Shown here: one piece after another, positions 13,254 to 25,400 of the stretch
Layout: the number at the start of each line of letters is the position of its first letter
Numbering within the stretch: the stretch's first letter is position 1
Origin: Paramoeba atlantica
Lineage: Eukaryota; Protista; Discosea
DNA length: 64,000 bases
Assembly: GCA_977017575.1 (NCBI GenBank)
Contig: CDRNVI010000164.1
Span: 430,399 to 494,398 of the forward strand
Direction: 5' to 3'
The notes under the pieces: model-generated
The model's database searches: none
Seen by the model: only the letters and a program-made list of their open reading frames with translations
Told to the model about the DNA's origin: nothing
Made by a program: the position numbers and the translations under genes

Positions 13254-13902
13254 ATGCCTGCTCCTGCCCAAAGACCAAAAATTGTCAAAAAACGGACTGC
13301 CAAGTTCGTCCGTTTCGAGTCTGACCGACGCATTCGTGTTCATGTAAGAAAACCTCTTTTTTTCTCTCTTTTCTTTTCTCTTTTCTCCTCAAAAGAGTTA
13401 TTTTCTCTTTTTTCTCTTTGAAGGAAAAAAACTAAAAATGTTTTTTTTTTGTGATTGTTTTGTGCCATATTTTATTGTGTTTTTATTTGTTGTTTTTTTC
13501 TCTTTTTCTTTGCTTCTTTTGTGTGTTTTTTCTCTTTTTTTCTCTTTTTTTCTCTTTTTTTCTCTTTTTTTCTCTGTTTGTTTTCATTAGCAATCATGGA
13601 GGAAGCCAAGGGGTATTGATAACAGAGTTCGTCGTCGATTCAAGGGCAACCGCCCCATGCCCAAGATTGGTTATGGGTCCAACAAGAAAACCCGAAACAT
13701 GCTTCCTAACGGATTCTTGAAGTTCCGTGTTTTCAATGTTGAGGATCTTAACCTTTTGATGATGCACAACAAGAAGTACGCTGCTGAAATTGCCGCCAAG
13801 GTCTCTTCTACCAAGAGAAGGGCTATTATCCAACGTGCTGCTGAGTTGAATGTTAGTGTTGTCAATAGAAATGCTCGCCTTCGATCTGAGGAGCAGCGAT
13901 AA
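13254..13902 (+). CDS. RPL32: 60S ribosomal protein L32 (eL32)
   Basis: Exon 13254-13343 [30 protein letters not shown]; intron GTAAGA..TTAG; exon 13591-13902 [35 protein letters not shown]. Probable 5'UTR intron ending right at the ATG. Confidence 0.97.
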
Positions 13903-14183
13903 ATCTCTCTCTTAAAATAAAATGACAAGAATGAAAGAAGTCAAAAAAAAAAATTAGAGAAGAAATTCTTCTTTTTTGTTGATTCTTCGGTTTTTTTTAT
14001 TATTTCCTCATCACAACAACATTCTCCCACAACACATTCGGTTTCAGAAGAAAACTTTTCATCCACAAAAAAAAATAAGCACTCCATACTACATCCCTTG
14101 GTTGAATTTCGTTTTTTTTTTGTTCCACCAAAATAATAATCCCAGCTCGATTGTTAAAAAAGAGAGAGAGTGTTTTGTTTTGT

Positions 14184-14687
14184 TCATCCAATCACCTCAA
14201 CAGCTTGCTTTTGGCGCCTCAACCACCAGATCCTGCCAATACAAAGGACAATGAATCCAGCATAAATTCCAGCAGCACCATAACATCCAACTGCTGCTTT
14301 TGAGGCATCGTCAGGGGATTCGATAGTTACTTCTCCATTATCGATTTTGCTGTAACCGGCACCCATCAAAAGCCCAACAATCACCTTGAAAAAAAAAAGA
14401 AAGATTAAGAATTTTTATCTTATTTTGAGAACAATATTTTGAACAATTGAACAACAAAAGAAGATTCATCTCTTACCAGTGTGATAACACCCCAAATGGA
14501 GAAGATAATGCAGCAAATCGCACCTGCAGAAAAACTGAATCAGAAAAACTACTCTTGAATTTTGGAGGTCTTTCATTTCATTGTTTTGTTTGTGTGGGTA
14601 ATTTTTTACTTTTTGGGGGGTCATATGTGAAATTAATTTGTCTGTGGATGTGAAAATGAACGAACATGGTTCGGGACAGCACGCCAT
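14184..14687 (-). CDS. RNASEK: RNase kappa / V-ATPase subunit f-like small two-TM protein
   Basis: Three exons give MACCPEPC AICCIIFSIWGVITL VIVGLLMGAGY...AAVGCYGAAGIYAGFIVLC, matching the RNASEK pattern (CC..C...S.WGVI.L; C..AA.lY). Confidence 0.8.
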
Positions 14688-14900
14688 CACTCCCTTCTTT
14701 GTTAGAAAAAGACAAGAAAGCGAAAACAAAACGCACAAAAACCAATGGCCAAAAAAAGAGCTCTAAAAAAAGTCGCAGAAAAATTCATTTTTTTGAAAAA
14801 TCAAAAAAAAGTTTTGCATCACAAAAAAGAGAAAGTTGTTTGTTTTTTTTCAGGTTCGTTCGAGAGGAAGGGAAACTCCCCCCTCTTTTGCCTCTGGAGG

Positions 14901-15455
14901 ATGGAGAAGAAGAAAGATATTCTCCTCCAAAAAAAAGGAGAAAGCAAGCTGAGAGATGTTGAGGAACTCTTTGTCAACAAAATCTCCAGTTCCATTGAGT
15001 TTTTAGAGAATTTCTCCTCTTCTGTCACCGTTTTGCTTGGTGCGATTCGAAAGAAGGCAGAAACTGATCAAGAGAGGGTCTACCGGAGGGTAACATTCCC
15101 TTTAATCTTTTTGAAGTTTTCTTCTATTCAAATTGGAAAGCTTCTTCGAAACAATTCTCCATTCTTCTCGTCTGCGTCTTCTTCTGTTCCTTCCCGTTGG
15201 AGTCCTTCTTCTCTTGCAACTCGAGTCACGAAATTTCTTCAACTTCTCCGTTCCAAATGGACTTCAAGAGCATTTTCAAATGCGATTCAACTCTCCCCTT
15301 CAATTGCCAAGGAAACTCTAAGTTTAGTTCAATCTTTGGCGGAAGAGTTGATTGGATGTTTGTCGATTTTAACACAAATTGTTGTCTTACGAACCAACGA
15401 TCTCCCGCCAATTTCTTTTCCCTCTCGTAGAATGATTGGACGTTCCAAATTATAA
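14901..15455 (+). CDS. Hypothetical ~184-aa helical protein
   Basis: Intronless, non-repetitive ORF in a locally GC-richer island, divergent from RNASEK; no motif recognised. Confidence 0.45.
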   Translation: MEKKKDILLQKKGESKLRDVEELFVNKISSSIEFLENFSSSVTVLLGAIRKKAETDQERVYRRVTFPLIFLKFSSIQIGKLLRNNSPFFSSASSSVPSRWSPSSLATRVTKFLQLLRSKWTSRAFSNAIQLSPSIAKETLSLVQSLAEELIGCLSILTQIVVLRTNDLPPISFPSRRMIGRSKL

Positions 15456-16000
15456 GACACAATCACACCCCAAAGAAAAAGGTGAAAGAAGGAGCCTCTA
15501 AATTGGATGTGGAGTAGTTTTCTTCATCAAAAGAGAAACACGGTTCAGTCAAAATTTGAGGGAGGAAGAGATCTTCACGCACACAAAGAATTAAACAGAA
15601 GAGTCTGGCTGTCAAGAACAGAAAATTGTTGACTTGCTGTGTCAAACAAATCTGGTTTGTGGTGGCGGGTGTGGGGGTTTTTGGATTGTGAACAAGAAAA
15701 AAATCAAAAAAAAAGAAACAAACACACAATTCACTCTCTGAAATGAAGATAAGAAAAAATTTATTTGGTTTTTTTTGTCGATAAAAATCTCATTGGATGA
15801 AAAGAATGAAGAAGAGAAAAAAGAAAGAGAAACCCGTCTGACATCAAAAAATATTTGCCTCAAAAAAACCCTCTCCAAAAGAGTCTTCAAAGAAGAGAAA
15901 AATATTCCCAACCACTCTCAACACAAATATAAATAAAAAAAAAGGTCAGAAAAAAGAATAGAAAAAACAAAAAAAAAGATCAACTTCTTTGTCTCCTCCC

Positions 16001-17944
16001 TTATTTCGAACGGATAAAAGGATGACGCAAGACCTCTTCAATCGTGATCCTCTTCGTTGGATCAAGAACGAAGATCTTCTCCAATAAATCAACCAACTGA
16101 AGAACCCTATTTCGATTTGAAGGATGAGGGCAACAGTTTAAAAGCTCGAGTTTAAGATCTCTGACAGGAGAGGTTCTCTGTTTGCTCAATGAATCAACGG
16201 AAATCTTTTGAACAAACTCTGTCTTTGTCAAGGGGTCAACACGAGTCCAAAGAAAATTGAAGTCATCATCAAAATATTCAGATCGAAAGGCTGTTTTTTT
16301 CAAAAGCTTCTGGGAAGGCAACCCTTTTAAATCGAGAAATAATTTCATCATATGGGCATTATCCTCACCTTGGAAACAAAACCGACCAGTGAAAAGTTCA
16401 AAGAGGGTGCATCCAAGAGACCAGAGATCCATGGGAAAACTATACGGCAACCCCAAAATCACCTCAGGGGGACGATAAAATCGGCTGACAAGATAAGGAG
16501 CCAGAACATTCTCAGAAGAAAAGGAAGCACACCCAAAGTCAGCCAACTTTACAACTCGTCGATCTTCACCAACAAGAACATTGTCCAATTTAAAGTCTGC
16601 ATGGAGAATATCACATTTTTTCAAGTGATAAAGAGCAAGAGAAAGTCGACGGCCATACAAACGAACTGCATCAATATTCAAACCAATTTTTCGACCATAT
16701 TGATTCAACAACTCACGAAGATTCATTTGAAGAGACTCAAAGACAATACAAAGATGATCATGATCCACAAAGGAATCCAACAAACGAACACAGCTGTACT
16801 TATCTTCCGGATCCATTTGACAAACACGATTCAGCATCGCTAACTCTTTCTCGGCAACTTCCTTCAAGTCTTTTTCGGTCATTTGTTCGACATGACGAAG
16901 CATTTTAATCGCAACACGTTGTTGTGGAGTTGTTCCATCAAACGCAAGGAAAACATTTGAATATTGTCCCTCACCAAGTCGCTCAATCAATTGATATCGC
17001 CCACTCGGTCCAAGGAGAGCTCCAGGTTGAAAGTTAAAGTACCCTTTTTCGTCCCTCACTTCTTCCATAAGTTGATTATCCTTCGATGAAAGGTCTGGAC
17101 TTCTTTGATAGGGAGAGGGGGGGGAATCTTCATCGGACTTGCTCTTCTTGGACATCGTTACATCAGCATCCAAAAACCAAGAGCCAGCTTCATCATTGGC
17201 ATCATTCTCATCATTGTCATCATCAGTTCGGGAACTTTTCAAGGGGGGTGGAGGTAAAATAGTATTTTCTTCCCCCTCGAGGAGATTTTCTTTTTCGTCT
17301 TCAAAGGATATTTCCTTGGTTAATTGATGAGTCGGAGGAGTTGCAAGTTTGGTCTGGTCTTCCATCAAACAAGGTGAATTGGGAACCTTTGTTTTTTCCC
17401 CTTTCTGGCTGTACTTTTCAAGAATAGCTTGTCTTTTCATCCGACTTTTTTGCAGAAGCTCGTCTTCGGTATCCTCTTGGTGGTTTAATTCTTGTTCGAC
17501 GAGTTTTTGATACTCACCTGGGTCCTCCACTGTGTCACGATCAAAATCGAGAATAAGATTCTGACTAACTTGCTTTGTTTCCTTTTTGGGAAGAGGAACT
17601 CCTAGAAATAAAGAGGGAGAGTGAGAAGAAGGAGAACGAGAAGAAGAAGAACGAGAACTTTGATGAGAGGAAGAACGATGAGAAGAGGAGGAAGGACGAT
17701 GATGAGAAGAGGAAGAAGAAGAACGATGATAAGAGGAGGAAGGATGATGATGAGAAGAGGAAGAAGAACGACGATAAGAGGAGGAGGAACGATGGTGAGA
17801 AGAGGAAGAACGATAAGAGGAAGAATGAGAAGAGGACCGACAGGAAGAATGAGAAGAAGGGGAAACCTTAGCTCGCTTGGCACCACGAATGTACGAACTT
17901 TCGTCGCGATATCTTTTGTGGGAAGCAATAGAAACAGTTGCCAT
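16001..17944 (-). CDS. PRPF4B: PRP4 kinase (DYRK/CMGC family) with Ser/Arg/His-rich N-terminus
   Basis: Intronless. RDEKGYFNFQPG, LGEGQYSNV, VAIK, FESLQMNLRELL..YGR.IGL, HADFKLDNVL, DFG, PYLVSRFYRPPEVILG. ATG at 17944. Confidence 0.92.
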   Translation of the reverse strand: MATVSIASHKRYRDESSYIRGAKRAKVSPSSHSSCRSSSHSSSYRSSSSHHRSSSSYRRSSSSSHHHPSSSYHRSSSSSSHHRPSSSSHRSSSHQSSRSSSSRSPSSHSPSLFLGVPLPKKETKQVSQNLILDFDRDTVEDPGEYQKLVEQELNHQEDTEDELLQKSRMKRQAILEKYSQKGEKTKVPNSPCLMEDQTKLATPPTHQLTKEISFEDEKENLLEGEENTILPPPPLKSSRTDDDNDENDANDEAGSWFLDADVTMSKKSKSDEDSPPSPYQRSPDLSSKDNQLMEEVRDEKGYFNFQPGALLGPSGRYQLIERLGEGQYSNVFLAFDGTTPQQRVAIKMLRHVEQMTEKDLKEVAEKELAMLNRVCQMDPEDKYSCVRLLDSFVDHDHLCIVFESLQMNLRELLNQYGRKIGLNIDAVRLYGRRLSLALYHLKKCDILHADFKLDNVLVGEDRRVVKLADFGCASFSSENVLAPYLVSRFYRPPEVILGLPYSFPMDLWSLGCTLFELFTGRFCFQGEDNAHMMKLFLDLKGLPSQKLLKKTAFRSEYFDDDFNFLWTRVDPLTKTEFVQKISVDSLSKQRTSPVRDLKLELLNCCPHPSNRNRVLQLVDLLEKIFVLDPTKRITIEEVLRHPFIRSK

Positions 17945-18316
17945 TCTACAAAGTCTAGGTTGAATAACAAGAGAAAACAAAAGAAAGCAAACCGAATAGA
18001 AAAATCAAAATCACAGAAAAGACAAGTTGAGAACAATTTTTCTCAAAAATGGGGACCATCAAACAAAATTGAGGGACCAAATAAAAAGAAGGGGTTTGAA
18101 AAAAAGAAAATTGAAACAAAACACCGTCGAAAACTTTCTGTTTTTTTTTTTGATTTTTCCACAAAACAAAAAACCCAACACGTTTTGACTCTCTGTTCAT
18201 CAACAAGAGAGTCTTTCTTTTCTTTTCTTTTTGTTGTTTGTGGGGTTTTGGAGTGGGTGTAAACTGGTTGATGTAACTTCCTAAAGAAAGTTACACACTT
18301 TTGTTTCGTCTTCAAG

Positions 18317-21022
18317 GTGGAGTGGTTTACACGAAGAAGTTGGTTTGGAGGGTCCAATGTCCAATCACCCACATCCTCCTCCCGATTTCGAAGATGGAAT
18401 TCGAATTTGTGGTGTTCTCTCCCAAGATCTTTCCAACTTCATAATCTGATTGGAGGGAATAGAGATTTTTGGTCTCCAGCCGTTTTGAAAGCCCTTTGGC
18501 TCTTTTTTGGGGTTGTTCTGGGAATCACTCTTGTTGCTTCTTTTGGTCTCTCTTTTCAAGGAAAGTTGTCTTTTGTGTCTCTTCCCACTCCCAACTTTAC
18601 TTCTCCCAATGCTCTTGTTCGAGTTCAGATTGGATTGGAAAATCTTGAGGGTTCAATCGTTGCTTTTGGGGATTTCAATAGTGACAAGTACACTGATATT
18701 TTTTTTCTTCATTCGAATCGATCGAGTATCTCGATACTGTTGTGGCATCACCATCGATATTCTTTTCTTGGTTTGGAGAACGGAACAATTCATCTTTCAG
18801 AAGATGGGTTTTCAATTGAAAATGTTGTACCTGGAGATTTTAATAACGATGGAAAGTTAGATTTACTTATCGAATGTGCGCCATCGTCAAACAAGAATAC
18901 CAGCTCTTATTATTCTTTGAATATCTATTTAGGGCACCTCACATATGTTGAGCAACATCCTATTTGGAATGGAACTGCGACTGATCAAGTTCTTGTGTTT
19001 GATTGGGATGGTGATACCTGGTTGGATTTGTTTGGATCAACAGTTGTCGTGGGATCGGATAATACGACGATTAGTGGTGGGAGAGCCATTTGGAAAAATA
19101 ACAAACATCAAAATAATTTGAACTTTACAATAATCGATTCAATTGATTCTGTCCCTACAGGTTTCTTTTCTCTTTTCTCTCTCTTTTCTCCTCTCTTCTC
19201 TTCTCTTCTCTTCTCTTAGTCGGGAGTAGTACCATTTTTTTTTTTTGACAATCAATTTTATCCAGAGAATGGAACACCTGTTCCTTTAGCGAAACCAAAC
19301 TCTCATGGATATATTGATGTCAATGGGGATTGCTTAGCTGACTTACTTGTCACTACTGTGAATTGCAGTTCTGGCAACTGCACGAAATATCTGGAAATCT
19401 ATCGAAATAATAAGGATGGAGTTGAAAAAGGAGAGAGTCCTTTTGCCTTTCACTCCAAAATCTCTCTCTCCTCTGCTCAATATTCCCCAAAAGAGTGGGA
19501 AAAGGCGGAATCTTTAGAGGGAGGAAGAGCGTCTTTGATTGGAGGCCAGTTAACTTTTACAGATGTTGATGGAGATGGTAATGTTGATATTATCTATCCT
19601 CGTTGTGTCTCGTCAGGCAAATCGATTTTTGAATCACCTCACCAAAGAGATTGTAATTTCTTCAACAATCTTCAGATCCTCTATAACGTTCAACAAACTC
19701 TCTGCCCTTCAATTTTTGAAACGTTGGGTTTTGAAAGTCGTGAACCTTGTCGAACTCAAGATAATCTTTGCACAGAGGATCGAGATTTCACTTTTGGAGA
19801 AGTAGATCGAAACGGTTCGCCTGATACAATTATAATCAGAAAAGAAGCTTTTAAAGGATTTTATTTTTTTGCTCCACTTGGGAGTGGGACTCCACTAACG
19901 ATTCGAACGGGTGATTTTAATTTGGATGGATATCCTGATCTCCTGATCCCAATGGTTAAAAACAAAACTTCGATTTCCTCTCTGAGCAGGAAGGACGCCG
20001 CGCCTTTTGAAACTACAGTATTTGGATCTGGAGGAGGAGGAAGTCTACTTTTCAAAAGCGGGGGTGGGGATCTTTTTTCTTCTCTCTGGGAAGATGGAAA
20101 AGATTTCCTTGAAGAATTAGAGCCTGGAGATATTGTATTGAGTTTATGGAAAAATGTTCCGTGTTCCCCAGATTATTGCCATTCAAGTGCGACTGCAAAG
20201 CGACGTCGTACTTTTGTTCCTGTCGTTGGTGATGAGGTTGCAGCGCTCCTTCAAGTTAAGAACCCCTTTGCTGGAGCTTTTTTCGATCTTGATGAAACTG
20301 GCAACCCAGATATTCTTGTACTGACAAATGATGCAGCACTTCACAACAGTAGTAAAAGGACAAGAACCACACCTCTTCGTGGTGGTGGAGGTTTTGCAGA
20401 GAGAAGAAGCGCAGCAACAACAAGAACAACAACAACAACCACTCAAGAAGAGAATATTCGACTGACAGGGAATGGTGGAGAGACAGTTGCTCTTTATAAC
20501 AGTCTCTTTAATGATGCTTTCTTTCTCAAAACTCTCGGTGCTGGTGGTCAGTCTTCTGATCCGAAACCTTACGGTGTCAACTTTCCTGGAGGGTTTTTTA
20601 AATTTATTGTCACGGATCTCTCTGGTGAAAAACGGATTGCTGTGGGGGGTCAATTATCTCAATCTTCCTATCTTTCTCTTCAAACTCCTTTCCTTCTCTT
20701 TGGGCTTGGACGAGCAGGAAATTATATCGAGTTATTATATTATGGTCTCTCACTTCACGCTTCTCTCCACTGGAATAGTTGGATTTGCATCATCCCAAAT
20801 TCTCAACTTGTTGTTCTCCCATATCCTCTTGATAAGTCTCTCGACTGGCAGATGGATCTTTATCTTGCTCCCTCTGGGATTACTGTTGCTGTGATTATAA
20901 GCATGGTTTCATCTTTAGTAGCTTTGGCTGGGGTTGTCTACTTTTTCGATTGGCGGGAAAAGATGGAAGACGAAAAGGAGAAACGAGAGAAGGCCCACTT
21001 GTTTTCTTTTGATGCGTTGTGA
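18317..21022 (+). CDS. ITFG1: T-cell immunomodulatory protein / LINKIN (FG-GAP repeat single-pass membrane protein); start codon not resolved
   Basis: AFGDFNSDKYTDIF, VVPGDFNNDGKLDLLI, GDFNLDGYPDLL, FFDLDETGNPDILV, PYGVN.PG, QLSQSSYLSLQTP..LFGLGR.NYIE, IIPNSQLVVLPYP, TM then WREKMEDEKEKREKAHLFSFDAL. One intron ~19160-19265. No in-frame ATG in the 5' open frame. Confidence 0.92.
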
Positions 21023-21323
21023 GACACAAACCCACCACCCACCACACAAAAGAGGAGAGCAAAAAGATCTCGGTCAGTTCAGAAAAACGAAGACAAGACA
21101 AAAATTTCCTCCTCACTAAAATTTCTCTCTCTCCGAAATATTTCATCTTCACCCCCCAATAAAAAGGGAGCAAAAAGAGGAAGAACAAGAGAGATAAAAA
21201 AACAAAAACAAAAACAAAAAACAAAAAGAATATCATCCAAAAAAAAACAAACAAAAAACCAATTTCTTTTAAGATCAATTGAGATGATTTTTTTTTTTGT
21301 AAAAATAATCTTCATTCTCCATT

Positions 21324-23100
21324 TTAAAAATATGATTTTTGTTCCTTCTTTGGGATTGCGAACTCATCATCATCATCTTTTCCGGCAGCGCTGAGTGGCT
21401 CTTCGTTCGCGATAGCATCCCCTCCCCCTTGTTTTGCTCCAGCTTTTCCTTCTCGAAGTTCTCTGATTCGCTTTTCCTCAGCCATCATCATCTTCTGTTG
21501 TTCTTCACTCAACTCTTGAAGAACAACTTGAAGACCAACACCAAAAAGGTATTTGTTATTCCAGAAATCTGCCACACCAGAAAGCATCAAAGACATAAAG
21601 GGGGTCATTCTTTGTTCAAGTAACGCATGGACTCGCCCATTGCTGTCAATATTTCCTTTAACGCTCGATAATTGGAGTTTATAATCCCAGGCAACAGACC
21701 AATCTGTTTTATAAGCGTGGGTTTTGGGATCAGGGGACACTTTAAATTGAGTTCCATATCGAATTTGCGAACCAGGGCGGCTATCAACTTTTCTTAAAAA
21801 ATTGATATGTCCACCATAAGGACCCATTGGTTGTTTGGACAAATGGCCAGTCAACACGCAATTATTTCGAGTGTATCGGAAACCCCCAGACAAAGCAGAC
21901 ATCATCATCATTAAATTCATTTGACCTTCACATCCAAGGGAGAGAGCAGGGGTAATTGCTTGGTAATAAGACATAATCAAGGCAGGCATTTGGTTATGAA
22001 GTTGGAGTTTAAAACATGTTGTTGTATCATCTCCAGCGACATCAGCTTCAAAAATGGAAACTGAATCAGGTTGTTCTGCAGGACCTCGCTAATTGTTTTT
22101 TTTTTCTTGTTAGAATTGGAAGAAAGAAAAAAAAATGAGAGACAATTACACACAAAAGATTAAAAATTCACCTGATGGTTCATTCGCAGAGTTAACCAAG
22201 AGTTGACTGGATTGTTGATTACTCCCTGAAACTCTCCTTCTGTGTTAATCCTCCCAAGTGCCACAAACTGATTTTTTTTGACACGAGTAGTTAGCAAAAT
22301 CAAATTCAATTGTCTTGGTGCACTCTTTTGAAAAAGAGAGAAGAAAAAAAGAAAGAATTGAAAAAGAGAGAAGAAAATTTTTCTCTTTACCTTTTTATCA
22401 AAGTATTGCATCATAAAATTATAATTGCTAGGTTCCAATGTCGATCCCATTGAGAGTGAATGTCCAATGACAAAGTTACTCGATTGTCGGTTGTATTCCA
22501 AACGACCTCCGTTAAACATATCCATTGTTGTCAAAACACCTAGGAGAGAGAGAGTTTTTTCAATCAAAAAGAAACATTCCTTCTTTCTTCTTTTCTTTTC
22601 TTTTCTCTCTCTCTCTCTTCCCTCACATTCATCACAACAACAACAACAATATCCCTTTTTTTTTGAATCTTTCAAACAAAACAAAACAAAATAAAGAAAT
22701 CACACTTACTTTGAGAATCTTGTTCAAGTTCAGAAAACTTGCCAGGATTTTTAATCAAAGATGGTTTTCGAGTTGGAGGAAGAGGAGTCTTTGCCCAATC
22801 ATCACGAGAACCAGGCGTCGCCACATCATCCAAAGAAAAAGGATCAAACTCTTTCTCTTTCTTCTCTTCTCCTTTTAAGCTTCCTCCTTTCTTTTCAGGA
22901 AAATCATCAGAAAAGTCATTATCAGGAGTTTCATCACTCATCCCATCAGAAGCAGAAGGAGAAGAAGAAGAAGATCCTGAACCGCCACCAAAAGCTTTGG
23001 TAACAGAGAACATATTTGTCATTGAACCAACCCCACTTTGAGCGGCTTGAAACATCGCAAAAGGCGTCTTCCAAATTGGAATTGTGGAAGAAAAATCCAT
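21324..23100 (-). CDS. TOMM40: Mitochondrial import channel TOM40
   Basis: Multi-exon; NPGKFSELEQDSQ, FVIGHSLSMGS, SYYQAITPALSLGCEG, alternating beta-strand pattern, VKGNIDSNGRVHALLEQRM, YLFGVGLQV. Confidence 0.9.
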
Positions 23101-23574
23101 CTTTTTTTACTCTCTCTCTCTCTCTCTTTTCGAACGAAAAACTGAAGAAGGAAGAAGGAAGAAGGAAAAGGGAAAAGGGGTGGCGAACTTGAACAAGAGG
23201 GAAGAGAGAGCTTTTCCACGCTCTTTTTTCGAAGAAAGCAAAAAGAGACAAAAAACCGAAATCCTTCAAACTTCTGATAAGATTGAAAATCTTATCAGAT
23301 GGTTTTAAAAAATAATTTCTTTATTTGGTATTTTCGGTTCCATTGTTGTTTGCCAAAGGAAACACACATTTATTCCTTCAATTCACTTCGAAAGAATAAC
23401 CTTGAAGAAAAAGAAAAATTGAGAGAAAAAAAGAGAAAAAAATGTTCAACAAAATAGCAGTTTCCAATGGAATGAAGTAGATAATTTATTCTCCCTCTCA
23501 GCTCTTTTTCGATTTGAGAGGATTTTTAGTAATACGGAAAATATAAAATTGCCACATTGTCGTTTTTAGTTCTC

Positions 23575-25113
23575 TCAAGAAGCCACAGATTGTGCAGAAG
23601 AAGAGAATGTCACATTCCGTGCCGAAACAGTTTGAAGCATCCTTTTCAATTTCGGGGAAAGAAGCGCAACTCCAAAACAAGCAAGCAAGGAAAAAATAAC
23701 ATTCAAAATAAAAACTTGAGTACCTCCCCAAAACTCAAGCGCAATGGACATCCAAACAGGCCCAACAACCATCGAAAAAGAACCAGTACTTTTAAGCATG
23801 AGAACTCGACGAGCAGCATCTTCTGGGCTCATCCAGAGCATGATCTTTGAGTAGATATGACTTAAAGTCACAAAAGAAAGGTGGTAAGCCACAGAAATTA
23901 ATAAACATCCAACAATAAAACGCCACTGAGGCACATAATGGCTATTTCCGGTCTCGAGTGAGGGTCCTAAGCAAGCACAACCTGAATCAAGGCGGGTTGA
24001 ATCACCACCATCCGTAATATCACACTCACTTCCAGATTGAAAGTGAAATGGAACGAGTGCCAAGTATCCTAAACCAAGAATAAGCAAACTGGGGATGCAA
24101 GTGAAGAGTTCTGATACACGTTCATTGAATACTTCGATCATAATATACGAGAAAGCTGACACAGTTCCTGAAACCGCAAAGAAGATTGCATTCGAAAATT
24201 CTTCCCATCCATAACACGACAACGTAAATGGGATGACCATCACCTCAAACATACAACTATTCATAAAAACGAAAAAATAGATCACCATTAAAACACTCAA
24301 TAAGGAGCTGGCAGGAACAAAACGCTGCACACCCTCACCAAAGGCATCAAACGTTGAAATCAGAAATTCCTCTTCAGATTTGGAAGTCGAAAATTTGGTA
24401 TTTAAAACAACAATCCCACAACTGAGAGTTAAACAAGCAGATAAAAGACCAGGAATTGTCCACCCATTGAAGAGAATTGGTCCAAGAGAAGAATCTCTTG
24501 AAATAAACGATAAAGCGGCTGTCAAAGAAGGCCCAACTACCAGACTTACAGCTGAATAGAGACTTAAATTCTCCACAGCATGTGAAGAAAATTCATTTTG
24601 TGTCATCTCTGAAACATACTCTTGAATTAAATCAAGATAACTTGATCCAAAACCAGAGATGAAACGTGCGATGAACAAAACCCACATCTCCGGAGCTATA
24701 AAATAGAGAAAATCTCCCAATGAACAGATAAAGAAAGACAAAGAAAGAAAGATCGACCACTTTTCTGGATATTTTCGATACAAATACAATGAAACAGAAG
24801 ATCCCAACATCTGTCCAAAGAAGTAAAGCGCCAACGAAAAGCCAACATAAGAAGGAGTAGAACCCTCAAAATAGAGAAATCGAAACCAAACAGAAGGAGT
24901 AATGGAAGAACTTCCAACACCACTAATAAACAAAATCCAAGAAAGAATTTGAAGATTCTTTTGTGATTCTTTTGTTGAAGTTGAAATAGGATCCAAAGAT
25001 GTTGCAAGATTTGACTCTTCCTCTCCGATGTTGTATGACGCTGTTGGTGTGTGTGTTTCTCTTTTTAATATTTTTCGAACCACAGGGATCGAGTTCAAAT
25101 TAACGTTATCCAT
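23575..25113 (-). CDS. Major facilitator superfamily transporter (MFSD8-like)
   Basis: Intronless 512 aa with about 12 hydrophobic segments; ARFISGFGS and LVVGPSL MFS motifs. Confidence 0.85.
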   Translation of the reverse strand: MDNVNLNSIPVVRKILKRETHTPTASYNIGEEESNLATSLDPISTSTKESQKNLQILSWILFISGVGSSSITPSVWFRFLYFEGSTPSYVGFSLALYFFGQMLGSSVSLYLYRKYPEKWSIFLSLSFFICSLGDFLYFIAPEMWVLFIARFISGFGSSYLDLIQEYVSEMTQNEFSSHAVENLSLYSAVSLVVGPSLTAALSFISRDSSLGPILFNGWTIPGLLSACLTLSCGIVVLNTKFSTSKSEEEFLISTFDAFGEGVQRFVPASSLLSVLMVIYFFVFMNSCMFEVMVIPFTLSCYGWEEFSNAIFFAVSGTVSAFSYIMIEVFNERVSELFTCIPSLLILGLGYLALVPFHFQSGSECDITDGGDSTRLDSGCACLGPSLETGNSHYVPQWRFIVGCLLISVAYHLSFVTLSHIYSKIMLWMSPEDAARRVLMLKSTGSFSMVVGPVWMSIALEFWGGTQVFILNVIFSLLACFGVALLSPKLKRMLQTVSARNVTFSSSAQSVAS

Positions 25114-25400
25114 TTTCTCTCTCCCCTTTTTTTACTCTCCCTTTTTCTTGAATCAACCTTCTCTCTCTCTCTCTCTCTTCTCTCTCCTTCTCTCTTTCTC
25201 TCTCTCTTTCCCTCTCCTTCGTTTTTTCCGTCCAAAAATCGACGGAAGAAAACACAACACAGAAAATTCCTCTCTTTTCTTGTCGCTAAAAAAAATTTTA
25301 GGGTTCTTTTTCTTTTTTCGATTATTTTCTTTCATTGTCAGTAGAGGGGTGGTCAACACAATGCTCACCCAAAGAAGCTAATTTCAATTTAATTTTGAGA

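Noticed and set aside
18269-18420. Apparent non-ATG (GTG) start of ITFG1
   Set aside because: The GTG follows an AG acceptor-like site, and an ATG at 18394 could join via a short intron; an unresolved 5' exon is more likely than non-AUG initiation.
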